A stretch of DNA of 63,496 bases, filler included, from Octopus bimaculoides (Eukaryota), in the NCBI RefSeq assembly GCF_001194135.2. It is 6 parts of 6 records of this genome, joined end to end, with 100 filler letters (N's around TTAATTAATTAA, not from the genome) between each part and the next. Parts side by side here need not be neighbours in the genome. Positions count along the whole stretch, not along the records: positions 21,163 to 44,796 come from NC_068985.1; positions 44,897 to 55,876 come from NW_026337056.1; 4 more parts are not named here. One strand, 5' to 3'. The notes under the pieces are model-generated. The model made no database searches, was not told the DNA's origin, and saw only the letters and a list, made by a program, of their open reading frames with translations. The number at the start of each line of letters is the position of its first letter. Position 1 is the stretch's first letter. Positions 36,880 to 49,728 of this stretch are shown here, piece by piece. Made by a program: the position numbers and the translations under genes.

Positions 36880-38090
36880 GTATCAGGTTGAGTAAAAATT
36901 AAGCAATGTTTTGAACCATGAAGAATTTGTACCGGATTTTTGCAGAGTTTTGAATTTTTTAAAAACGTTTTTTTGCAATTGTTTGATAATACAGACATAG
37001 ACTTGCTGAAATGCATCAATAAATTAACATTGATATTTTTTGTCACTGTTGTTACAATCACCTGAAATGGAACTGTCAAAGCATGATATTCGAGCAATTT
37101 TGCTATTCAACTTCAAAAAAGGACGTAAAGCAGCTGAAATTGCTTGTGATATCAACGAAACGTTTGGTGAGGAAATGACCAGTGAGTGGTCAGCTCCAAA
37201 ATAGTTTAAACGATTTCTCAGTGGAGCCCTGAGCCTTGAGGATTGTGAGCATAGTGGACATCCATCTGTCATCGATGATGGTCAATTAAAGACTGTCATT
37301 GAGAAAGATCCACGTAAAACCACTCAAAAACTGGCAAAAGAACTTCAAGTTAGTCAGAAAACTGCCCGCAACTATTTGCATGTGATTGGAAAATAAAAAA
37401 AACTCGACAAATGGGTACCACACAATTTGAATGAAAATCAGAGAATGTGCAGATATGAAATTTGCTTGTTGCTTCTTCTCTGTAAACAGACTAATCCATT
37501 TCTTGACTGTATTGTAACTTGTGATGAGAAGTGGATTCTGAACAATAATAAAAAACGTTCTTTGCAGTGGTTGGACCAAAATGAAGAACTGAAAACCTTC
37601 CCTAAACCCGAGCTCTTCAAAAAGGTTATGGTGACTGCTTGGTGGTGTACTACTGGACTCATCCACTATAACTTCTTAAAATCCAGAAAAACCATTACTG
37701 CAGAAACATATTGCCATGAAATTGCCAAAATGAACGAAAAACTCCTACTTCTCCTTCCCAGACTGGTCAACAGAAGAGAGCCAATCATTCTTCATGACAA
37801 TGCTCAACCAAACATTTCACTAACGACGCTCCAGAGGTTGAGGGAATTTGGCTAGGAAGTTCTCCCCACCCAGCTTATTCCCCAGACCTTTCTCCTACCA
37901 ACTACCACTTTGGTTTCTTGATGGTTTCCTATGAGAGAAGGAGTTAAAAAATCAAACCGATGCTGAAAGTGTTTTCAAAGTGTTCATCAGCTCCAGAACT
38001 CCAGATTTTTATGTTATCAGAATAAACAAACTTGTAACTCGTTGGCAAAAATGTGTTGATTGTAATGGTACTTACTTTGATAAATAAAAT
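36880..38090 (+). mobile_element. Second mariner element (Hsmar1/cecropia-like), defective; no 3' TIR evident
   Basis: From ATG 37067: MELSKHDIRAILLFNFKKGRKAAE...KWVPHNL...IVTCDEKWILNNN...KKVMVTAWW...ILHDNAQP..., with a degenerate YSPDL region. Several stops and frameshifts. The 5' end begins TATCAGGTTGAGTAAAA. Confidence 0.9.
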
Positions 38091-38308
38091 TTCTGCATTG
38101 TTGAAATATATTGTGATGAATTTCATGTCTCCTCTACAGAAAGATACCTGTTTCTCTCATTCTATCATACTTTAAACTACTCAACAACTGACATAAGCTA
38201 TCTCTTTCAATTCTACACATGCCTACCACAATCAAGGGGTTTTGTCTCACAAGCTACTTGGCTACTTCACTGGTGCCAGTGACCACCATTCTCTTTAAAC
38301 GTTAAACC

Positions 38309-39455
38309 AGAGTAGGTAAGACCTTCCTTAGTTTAGTTGATAAACACTTCCCCCATACCAATAGATTGAACAAAATATTTAATAGACATACCCTGAGGTT
38401 ATCCTTTAGCTGTGCACCTAGTATAAAAAAGATTTTATGAGGTAGGTCCAGACCCGAGGCTGAGGCAGGATGCTCATGCAGGGATAACACAACTTGTCCA
38501 CTAAATGGCCACTGCAATATGGAAACAGTTGTTTACAAGGCAGAAGTAACAGCATCAGGACCCAATGAACAACTTTGCTTGCGGAAGTATGTGGGGGCAA
38601 TGGAAGGCCCCTTCAGAACTTGCTTTAATAACCACAAGTCCTCATTCAACATCCTAGAGAGATGTAATGCCACAACCCTAGCCATGCTTGGACTTCGAAA
38701 GAAAGCGCCACGGAGTGCAGTATAAAGTGGAAGATCCTAGAAAGATGCAAACCATACTTCAATAGCTGCAAGAAGTGCAGATTATGCCTGGCTGAGAAGA
38801 GAGCAATTTTAAAAGGTACCCAACACCCGGATGGTTACCTGAATAGCAGGAGTGAGGTGTTTAATCCTTGCCCACATGAAAGGAAGTACATTCTATACCT
38901 GTGCATTCTGCCATGACTGCAACCACAGGTCCCCTTGACCTTCCACCAATGCCCTTGAGCCTGGCAAAAAGAGTTTGACCAAAGCACACACCAAGGCACC
39001 CATGTACACACCTATAAAGCAGATACCTTACAAAATAAACTATCTCCCACACCCCAATACATACCCCTTCACACAAATTGTACTTCCACATATACACAGA
39101 CCCCCAAATGCTAACATAAACCTCTCCCCCATGACTTTATCCTTTACAGGAAGAAAACAGACCAACAAACACAGCTATATATACCTACACCCCCAGAAGA
39201 AATTATACATATGACACCGCTACACATACCACACACCCCATCCCCACATTAATAATACACACTTTCCCCACTTCAAGATAACTCTGGCTGACTTCATAGT
39301 ATACTCAACCAAGGGACATAACTCCTAAACTAATCCTCTGGCCCTTTTTCACAGCAGCCGCTAACCGGTTGTGCTAATGTACCTCTGACAACAGAGAGCA
39401 GTCGCCATATTTCCTCCAATATCAGCTAACTCTGATGAGTGTAAAGTTATATAAT
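38309..39455 (+). mobile_element. Penelope-like element 3' half (GIY-YIG endonuclease region plus 3' UTR)
   Basis: [35 protein letters not shown]..., CSCRDNTTCPLNGHC...VVYKAEV...YVGAMEGPFRTCFNNHKSSF..., WKILERC...CRLCLAEK...LNSRSE. These are PLE thumb/linker and GIY-YIG blocks. A truncated CTGATGA hammerhead half sits at ~39431. Confidence 0.88.
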
Positions 39456-39541
39456 CAGTTTGTTACCTAACACTTCATTGTATTCTTTATGGGAAACTGA
39501 TTGGTAAGATCAGCTGCGATTGATATTTAATACTATACATT

Positions 39542-39578
<37 letters not shown>

Positions 39579-39664
39579 NNNNNNNNNNNNNNNNNNNNNN
39601 NNNNNNNNNNNNNNNNNNNNNNNNNNNNNNNNNNNNNNNNNNNNNNNNNNNNNNNNNNNATATA

Positions 39665-39701
<37 letters not shown>

Positions 39702-40748
39702 GTATCAGGTCACTTGTAAGGACTTTCATGAGTGCTACAGGTAACATGGAATCCAGTATAACGTGTTGCATGGTCAGGTTGTCGGCGACTAAACCAACAT
39801 TACTGTTCAGCTTCCCTGGTGGGGAGAGTTACTAGAAACCCAGTAGACTAAAAACAAGACCTGTCAAAAGGATGGATGAACCTAGTGTTGGTTCAACTAC
39901 TATCTAGCAATATCACAGGTCTTCAGAAACTCTGGCTTGGTGTCTAGCGTGCTGGAAGATCTCTGGGAATGAGGCACCCCTTAGCTTTTGCAAAAGCATA
40001 TCTCTAGGAGAAGGTCACTCTGATATAAAACTGGATAAACAAGGAATGGCATTGAACATTTTGAGCATCTTTTGCTTGTGATTGAGATCATGGTGCTCCT
40101 ACATTCCTGTGCTTTCACCCCATATTAGCACTGAATATCTTACCCTGGCTCATCTTTGGATCGTGTCAGTAGAGTGGAGAAGGTCTGTGAGGTGCTGTGC
40201 AAACCATATTGGACCTAAAATTTTTCACTGGCAAGGCGACTATCTGATGCCTTGTTGCTCTAGTTGTTTTCCCCCAAACCATTTAATGCAAAGAAAGCAA
40301 GAATAAGCACCGCTACATCTTCCCAACTACAAAGAACAAACAGAGGTGACTAAAATGCACACAACAAATAGACGGGACTAAAATCCTGCACGGAGCTTTG
40401 GGTTGGAATATGTCTTGTTTGCAAGACATTCCAGCCCAAAGCTCCAAATATACACTTTTCCCAGCAACACTCTTAAATGGAAGGGAACTTATACATGGTT
40501 GCTCATTATATTACAAATAGCAGTGAAAAATGTCCCTCAAATTGTACTGTACAGTCTTAAAAAAATGGAATGGAAAAGACAATATACTCTCTGGTTTACA
40601 AACAGATGGTATAGTCATGATTGGAGTACTTTTGATCTGCTCAAACCTAGGGTTAAACAACAACATCAATAGCACCTCAATTCCATTTTATTCCATTTTC
40701 AGTATATTACCTAGAACCATAAATGAAGAAAGTAGACATCACACTAAC

Positions 40749-41220
40749 CTGGAATAAGAGGTTATAAACGTAACGGAACTGTTTAGGATTGAAAGAATCC
40801 ATGAAGTCTGTTATTCTCTTCATTAAATTTTCCAATAACATTGTTTCCTTTATCTCATTCTTCACATATAACACTTGTACCATCTGAATGAGGACATCAA
40901 TGTTCTGAACCTCATCTAATCGGCCCTCTACATTCTGATATAGAGCTGTCTGTAGTTGCAGCACCTGTTGATACATTTGGCGAACCCAGGGTCGTTTCAT
41001 CTTGTTGATTCCTGACAGGATTAGTGCTATATCATTTATGCCACTCTGTGGTATAATAGCGAGCAGTTTGTTCATTAATAATTCTGGGATGACAGGTTTA
41101 CATTGGGGAAGGAGAAAAGAAGAAAGAGTACTTATAGTCCAAACACTGAGTCCTTGTTGGGAATTGAGTAGGTTGAGTATCTCCCGGAAGAGAAAGCTAT
41201 CTTGATGGTTAATTTGATTC
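40749..41220 (-). CDS. FASTKD1: FASTKD1-like exon: R|NQINHQDSFLFREIL...FRYVYNLLFQ
   Basis: Acceptor tttacttttacag and donor CAG|gttagt; 472 nt, phase 2 to 0, fully open. Helical-repeat-like composition. Confidence 0.88.
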
Positions 41221-42050
41221 CTGTAAAAGTAAACACAAAAAACATAAAACTCAGAATAGACATTGAGACAGGTGAAAGAAAGACATAGATTTAATATAAA
41301 ATATTGGGAACAAAGAAAAGTAAAATCCTAAAAGCTTCTCTTGGTCTGTTGGTTATTTATTTTTATACCTTTCATAACTATATTTCTGATAAAACACACA
41401 GTTATTGTTCCAGTTAATTATGAAAATGACAGAAAATTTAGTAAAATAACTTTGCCATTATTAATCTGGTGTTTGTAACATAAATTAACATGAAATCTTG
41501 ATAGGAATTTGAATTTAGATTGCTTTAAAACAAGAAGTTTGTATCATAGAAATGGGGACAGTCTCAGGTGGGTTGGTAACAAAAGACTTAAATCCATTTT
41601 TGAGCTGGGTTGCACAGGTTAATAATTCTAGTCTTCTACATTCAATTTTAATATAAGTCGTATTCTCTTTGTGGCACATGTGTTTACATTTTCGTTGCGT
41701 TTATTATCTCCATGACATGTACATCCATATCTGTAACATCCTCGACAACTAATACATCTACCTTTTTTGCAAGTACATGATAATTCTGACATAACTGCTG
41801 ATTGGGTGAAGCAAAATCAAAATCTGGACTACCTGTGTAGTTTTTTTTTTATATACTAATTTTAACCAATCAAATTGCCCCATTTATTATTCAATTTGCG
41901 ACAATTCAGTATTTTAAAGTTCTACAAAAAGTCAATGCTCAGACTCGCGAAACGACTCTTACAAATAAATACACAATAGTAATAAGTCAGTCTCTAAATA
42001 TAGACATTTCAACTCAGGTTGTCAGTAAGTCAGTATGAAATAAAACTTAC

Positions 42051-42909
42051 CTGTTCACAAATCTAAATACTTTGAAGAATCTTGTCACATAATTTTTAAG
42101 ATTATCAATGTGTTGTTTAATCATTTCAAAATAATATATAATTAGATCACTGTTGTTGCATTTTATATCTATTAAGATGTCTGCTATGTTGCTTAGCAAC
42201 AAGACATCAGCATCACTAAGGTCTTTATACAGTGCAGATTCGACTTTATAACGGTCGTTATGCATTAACATGTAATTGAAAGCATAACATAAGTTGACGA
42301 GTTCACTAATTTTAAGGGTCTCTGAATGAAGAATCTTGAGTGCTTGCTTCTGGAACTTCCTGCTGGTTGACTCATCGTAGATGCCCATCACTTTCATCAC
42401 ATGACAAACATCAGCAAAGTTTGCACAGGTTAACATAGGCAACTTTGGTATTAATAAGTCAACAATATGACTGGCATTCTCTTTGTTCCCCTCCCTATAA
42501 TAAGGTGACGCTAGAAACGAGAGGTGTCTGTACATCCTGAGACAAGCGCCAAGCTGGAGGATATTTAAGTTTTCACCATTGTTGAGGACTACTTGGTGGG
42601 TAAGATTCAAAACAGTGTTCAATTTTTCAGATGTAGATATGTGTCGGATATTGGTGACAGTTCGACTGAGGTCATAAACATCGAAATCAGGAGAAGAGAT
42701 ATCAGTCTCTTTCAATATGATGTCAAGACACTTCAAAACCCGACTCCATACTTTGAAGTCCCCACGGGGAAATATTCGAAGGGCTTCACAAATAAGAGCA
42801 GTATCATTTAGATTCAAATTTTCTTTTGAATTTTGCAAACGATACAAAAGTTTATGTATGATGGGTGAAGTGCAGTCAGTGCCGAGGAAAAGAAAACTAT
42901 GGAAATAAC
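42051..42909 (-). CDS. FASTKD1: FASTKD1-like large exon: YFHSFLFLGTDCTSPIIHKLLYRLQNSKENL...FFKVFRFVN|R
   Basis: Acceptor ttttattttttatttttccag and donor AG|gtaagt; 859 nt open frame, phase 1 to 2, in phase with the next exon. Leucine-rich helical repeats as in FASTK N-terminal regions. Confidence 0.88.
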
Positions 42910-44523
42910 CTGGAAAAATAAAAAATAAAAATGTTTTAAAAACGATTAAATAAACAATATTATTAATTTTTTTCCCCTAATTTTGTTACAAGGCCAGCAA
43001 TTTTGAGGGGATAGGGAAGTTGATTACATTGACCCCAGAACTCAACTGGTACTTATTTTAACCCCAAAAGCATGGCAAACAAGGCTGACCTTGGTAGCAT
43101 TAGAACTCAGAATGTAAAGAGCTAGAGGAAATGCCATTAAGCACCTTGTCTGGTAAGCTAACAATAACAATATTAAGCAATCCTGTTGTAATCTATATCA
43201 ACTATAGGTATATTTCCTGTTTAGGTATATTTCATGTTTCATAAGTTGTCAACTAACAAAGTTGTTTTATTTACATTTTATAAGTGGTGAGCACATATTG
43301 AAAGGACTCCCATCTTCCTCTTCTACTTTTTGCATCTATTTTTCCATGCTGATATGGGTGAGATGAGTCATTATAGTCCAAGTCAGTACTTCATTGAAGT
43401 TACTGTCCTTCAAGAGAGATCAGAGGAATATGTGTCTCTCATATGTTTCCTTTTTGGCTTGGTTTCTATGGCTGGATGTCCTTCCAAACATCAACCATTT
43501 TACAAGAGTGCCTGGATGCATTTTATTGTGATACCAACACTACTAAAGATGTCATACCTCAACAAGACTAAAGAGTCCTCTCAACCTTGCACTATCTACA
43601 TACATCTCTGAAAACCATTTGCTGAGGTGCTGGGCATAGTTTATCATGTCAACAGCAGTATGAGGTTGTCTTCAACCCTGTAAAAGTCATTATTACTTTA
43701 TGCTGTGTCAGTTCTCCCAAGACAGCATGACGAAGAGGGTAAATAGCAGAGTGATGAGAGAAGGAAATCAGGATGGCTGGTTGATTGAAGGGAACAACAG
43801 TATTATTGAAGTGAAGGGTGGGAGAAGAGAAGGTAGAGTTATGGATGTCAATAATGAGTGGCCTGAAGAGAGGGAATAATGACTGGTAGTACAGAAAGGG
43901 TAATAACCAACTGTATTGCATCTAGGTTTGTGGTGGAGGGGCTTTTTACAGGAGTAGCATAGCACAGTTAGTAAGAGAAAGTGTTGAGTGTCAGAGATGT
44001 GTAATAGGGATGAGTGATATACAGATGACTGACAGAGAAATGAGAGGGTATCAAAGGGCAGGGCAAGCTTATGTGAACTCAACCAGTATATATTGGGCAA
44101 GAGATCCATATGTAGATGTATTATACTTCCCAGCCTTCATCACAGGACTCTTAATCATAATCACTATTTTAACATGCAGTTTTCCATACTTGCATTGATT
44201 GGACGGAATATATTGAAATATAGTCTCCATGGCTGGATGCCCTTCTTGTTGCCAACCCATACTTGCTTCCAAGCAGGGTAATATTTCCCCATGGCCAGAC
44301 ATGTTTTCACAGAATATTGGAAATGAATGACATTCATTTACAACAATCATGCAATGTCAATACAGGGAGACACAAACATACATACAATCACACTGGCTTC
44401 CCAACCATATAGTTCTGGGTTCAGTCTCACTGCCTGGCACTTTGGGCAAGTGTGGTCTACTATAGCCTTGGGCCGACCAAAGCCTTGTGAGTGGATTTGG
44501 TAGATGCAAACTGAAAGAAACCC

Positions 44524-44557
<34 letters not shown>

Positions 44558-44896
44558 TCATCATCGTTTAATGTCTGCTTTCCATGGTAGCATGGGTTGG
44601 ACGATTTGACTGAGGACTGGTGAAACCGGATGGCAACACCAGGCTCCAATCTAATTTGGCAGAGTTTCTACAGCTGGATGCCCTTCCTAACGCCAACCAC
44701 TCAGAGAGTGTAGTGGATGCTTTTATGTGTCACCCGCACGAAGGCCAGTTAGGCGGCACTGGCAACGGCCACGGCCACGCTCAAAATGGTGTCTTTNNNN
44801 NNNNNNNNNNNNNNNNNNNNNNNNNNNNNNNNNNNNNNNNTTAATTAATTAANNNNNNNNNNNNNNNNNNNNNNNNNNNNNNNNNNNNNNNNNNNN

Positions 44897-44932
<36 letters not shown>

Positions 44933-46763
44933 CCTCGGGCCGACCAAAGCCTTTTGAGTGGATTTGGTAGACGGAAAACTGAAAGAAGCCCGTCGTATAT
45001 ATATACATATATATATATACATATATACATATATATACATATATATATATATATGATTGATATACATATATGTGTATATATATATATATTTATATATTTA
45101 TACACTCACACGCACACAAATACAAGTTTAATTGCGCGCTCGTATACCTGTGTATACATATGAATTCATACACACACACATACACATACATACACACGCA
45201 CACACACATATATATACACAACTCCTAACAGACATATATATGTGTGTGTGTGTGTGTTTTTATCTATAGATGCATAATACATCGCTACGCACACATACAC
45301 ACACACACAGACACCGGTATGCACGTACATACACACATAACCTGTCTCATTATATTTACATTTTTTATTTTCTCTTTAAATCCTGTTCACTTACACTTAA
45401 GATCTTTAACATACACTCATACTCAAACCGCCATTCACTCATATACCCATACTCACATTCACATGCAACTATTCATTCATACAGACATTCATACACCTAC
45501 TCATGGCTACAATCATTCTCATAAGCTACTTCCATTTGTGTTTCGCTCAAGTCTTCTCTTGTTCTCTGTCTCTCTTTCTTATTCTACCTTTTTGGCTGTG
45601 TGGTAAGTAGCTTGCTTACCAACCACATGGTTCCGGGTTCAGTCCCACTGCGTGACACCTTGGGCAAGTGTCTACTACTATAGCCTCGGGCCGACCAAAG
45701 CCTTTTGAGTGGATTTGGTAGACGGAAAACTAAAAGAAGCCCGTCGTATATATATATATATATATATATATNNNNNNNNNNNNNNNNNNNNNNNNNNNNN
45801 NNNNNNNNNNNNNNNNNNNNNNNNNNNNNNNNNNNNNNNNNNNNNNNNNNNNNNNNNNNNNNNNNNNNNNNNNNNNNNNNNNNNNNNNNNNNNNNNNNNN
45901 NNNNNNNNNNNNNNNNNNNNNNNNNNNNNNNNNNNNNNNNNNNNNNNNNNNNNNNNNNNNNNNNNNNNNNNNNNNNNNNNNNNNNNNNNNNNNNNNNNNN
46001 NNNNNNNNNNNNNNNNNNNNNNNNNNNNNNNNNNNNNNNNNNNNNNNNNNNNNNNNNNNNNNNNNNNNNNNNNNNNNNNNNNNNNNNNNNNNNNNNNNNN
46101 NNNNNNNNNNNNNNNNNNNNNNNNNNNNNNNNNNNNNNNNNNNNNNNNNNNNNNNNNNNNNNNNNNNNNNNNNNNNNNNNNNNNNNNNNNNNNNNNNNNN
46201 NNNNNNNNNNNNNNNNNNNNNNNNNNNNNNNNNNNNNNNNNNNNNNNNNNNNNNNNNNNNNNNNNNNNNNNNNNNNNNNNNNNNNNNNNNNNNNNNNNNN
46301 NNNNNNNNNNNNNNNNNNNNNNNNNNNNNNNNNNNNNNNNNNNNNNNNNNNNNNNNNNNNNNNNNNNNNNNNNNNNNNNNNNNNNNNNNNNNNNNNNNNN
46401 NNNNNNNNNNNNNNNNNNNNNNNNNNNNNNNNNNNNNNNNNNNNNNNNNNNNNNNNNNNNNNNNNNNNNNNNNNNNNNNNNNNNNNNNNNNNNNNNNNNN
46501 NNNNNNNNNNNNNNNNNNNNNNNNNNNNNNNNNNNNNNNNNNNNNNNNNNNNNNNNNNNNNNNNNNNNNNNNNNNNNNNNNNNNNNNNNNNNNNNNNNNN
46601 NNNNNNNNNNNNNNNNNNNNNNNNNNNNNNNNNNNNNNNNNNNNNNNNNNNNNNNNNNNNNNNNNNNNNNNNNNNNNNNNNNNNNNNNNNNNNNNNNNNN
46701 NNNNNNNNNNNNNNNNNNNNNNNNNNNNNNNNNNNNNNNNNNNNNNNNNNNNNNNNNNNNNNN

Positions 46764-46802
<39 letters not shown>

Positions 46803-47024
46803 CTTTCTCTCTCTCAATCTCTCTCTCTCTCAGGCATACACATATATAAACATAGCTCCACACGCATGCACTCACATAGACACATATACAAAGAAATCTT
46901 GGCCTACATCCATGAGCGCTCGCTTCATTACCTCCAAACGTAGATATACATTCGATACACACATACACACGACTGTTAGAGTATGTTATACATACGAACA
47001 TACATAATAACATACATACATACG

Positions 47025-47061
<37 letters not shown>

Positions 47062-47143
47062 AATAAAAGTGGCCATACATATATATTTATGCATGTGTAT
47101 GTATGCATAATATATGTATGTATGTATGTATGTATGCATGTCC

Positions 47144-47182
<39 letters not shown>

Positions 47183-47586
47183 ATCGGCTATTTATGTCTG
47201 TCTATATATTTATACACACAAACATACATATATATATAAGAGTGTGTGCCTGTGCTATGTATTGTATACTTTTATACATTCTAAGTATATATTAATACAC
47301 GTTCTGTACATACCTTAAGCACAGAAAGAACATTATTTTAAACACTCAGTCATAAACGGTATACCTCTCTCCCACCTCCGCCCAACACACACAGACATGG
47401 ATTAATGCCACTCGTGAAAATTTCAACGGATGCGAGTGGAATTTCTCTTTTCGTTCGGTTGAAGGAAGGAAGTCGTGTGACATGTTAATCTCCGTCTTCG
47501 TTTTTTTTCACACTTGTGGTTTTACATATGGCGAATAGCTGGAAGTTTTCGGTTCACACGCATACTCACATGTGTAAAGTAAGAGC

Positions 47587-47617
47587 AGTATTAACATGAT
47601 TTCATCATGTTAATACT
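47587..47617. other. Perfect 14-bp inverted repeat with a 3-nt loop
   Basis: AGTATTAACATGAT-TTC-ATCATGTTAATACT. Confidence 0.8.
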
Positions 47618-49075
47618 CAAATTTTGTAATCTGACGAGAAAGGGACCGTATTCGATTTGATTTGATCTATTTCCATGGTTTGACTAGCGCTGATCTATTA
47701 CTGACTACAACTACCGGATAAAAAAAATTTATAGTGGAAACGGTTTAATAAAGAAACATCACAAATTTGATAAGGGGCTGGATCCTCTTTCTATTAAATT
47801 ACTACTTATTCATGAAGTCGAATAAATTTGATACTTTTAATTTTAACGATTCCACGTACAGAAGGTTGTGTAGTGAACTTAACTTCGTTGATGTTCACAT
47901 CCAGAACATAAAAAGCAAACTGAATTTAATATCGTAAAGAGATTTTGCTTGCTGCTTTGATAATTCCCTTTAATAATAATCTTATTTTTTCTATTTTGAG
48001 CACAAGGCCAGAAATTTTTGAGGAGGGGTGAGGACCAGTCGATTAGATCGACTCCAGTAGGCAGCTGGTACTTGATTTATCGATCCCCGAAAGGATGAAA
48101 GGCAAAGTCGACCTCGGCGGAATTTGAACTCAGAACGTAAAGACAGACGAAATACCTATTTCTTTATTGCCCACAAGGGGCTAAACATAGAGGGGACAAA
48201 CAAAGACAGACAAATTGATTAAGTCGATTACATCGACCCCAATGCATAACTGGTACTTATTTAATCGACCCCAAAAGGATGAAAGGCAAAGTCGACCTCA
48301 GCGGAATTTGAACTCAGAACGTAGCGGCAGACGATATACCGCAAAGCATTTCGCCCGGCGTGCTAACCATTCTGCCAGCTCGCCACCTTTTTGATNNNNN
48401 NNNNNNNNNNNNNNNNNNNNNNNNNNNNNNNNNNNNNNNNNNNNNNNNNNNNNNNNNNNNNNNNNNNNNNNNNNNNNNNNNNNNNNNNNNNNNNNNNNNN
48501 NNNNNNNNNNNNNNNNNNNNNNNNNNNNNNNNNNNNNNNNNNNNNNNNNNNNNNNNNNNNNNNNNNNNNNNNNNNNNNNNNNNNNNNNNNNNNNNNNNNN
48601 NNNNNNNNNNNNNNNNNNNNNNNNNNNNNNNNNNNNNNNNNNNNNNNNNNNNNNNNNNNNNNNNNNNNNNNNNNNNNNNNNNNNNNNNNNNNNNNNNNNN
48701 NNNNNNNNNNNNNNNNNNNNNNNNNNNNNNNNNNNNNNNNNNNNNNNNNNNNNNNNNNNNNNNNNNNNNNNNNNNNNNNNNNNNNNNNNNNNNNNNNNNN
48801 NNNNNNNNNNNNNNNNNNNNNNNNNNNNNNNNNNNNNNNNNNNNNNNNNNNNNNNNNNNNNNNNNNNNNNNNNNNNNNNNNNNNNNNNNNNNNNNNNNNN
48901 NNNNNNNNNNNNNNNNNNNNNNNNNNNNNNNNNNNNNNNNNNNNNNNNNNNNNNNNNNNNNNNNNNNNNNNNNNNNNNNNNNNNNNNNNNNNNNNNNNNN
49001 NNNNNNNNNNNNNNNNNNNNNNNNNNNNNNNNNNNNNNNNTTTCACATCCATTTTGAAATACATGAGTAATTATG

Positions 49076-49117
<42 letters not shown>

Positions 49118-49134
49118 ATGCATACAAACATATA

Positions 49135-49182
<48 letters not shown>

Positions 49183-49685
49183 GTGTTGTTTACCTGCATT
49201 CAAACGAAATGTTTAAAATATTAAATACTACATTGATGTTGATATAAATGATATGGATTTAAGAAATAAAATATGGTAATGATTTATAATGATAGCAATG
49301 AAAAGAAGAAAGAAGAAAGCAGGTACTTTGTTAAAAAGAGTTGCATGTAAGCTATTATAAAGCTTGTGCTTACGGTAATGTTTGTGGTCGGGTTTCGGAT
49401 ACTGAATGAGCGAGAGAGAGTGAGAGAGAGAGAGTGAGAGTCAGTAAGACAATGAAACTAACACTAAGAGGTGAGAGTGAGTGAAACATAGATGAGGAAA
49501 AAAGGAGTAGAAAGAAACAAAGATAAAAGGAGCGAGAGAGAGAGAGAGAGAGAAAAAGAGCTGGAGTGGGAGAGAAAGAAGAAGAGGGAGGAGGAGAGGG
49601 AGAAAGAGAGAGTTACTATTTGGTAATGTTTGGAGTGGGAGTCACTCAGAGCAATTGTGTAATTAAGAAAGGAGTGTGTATGTAT

Positions 49686-49728
<43 letters not shown>

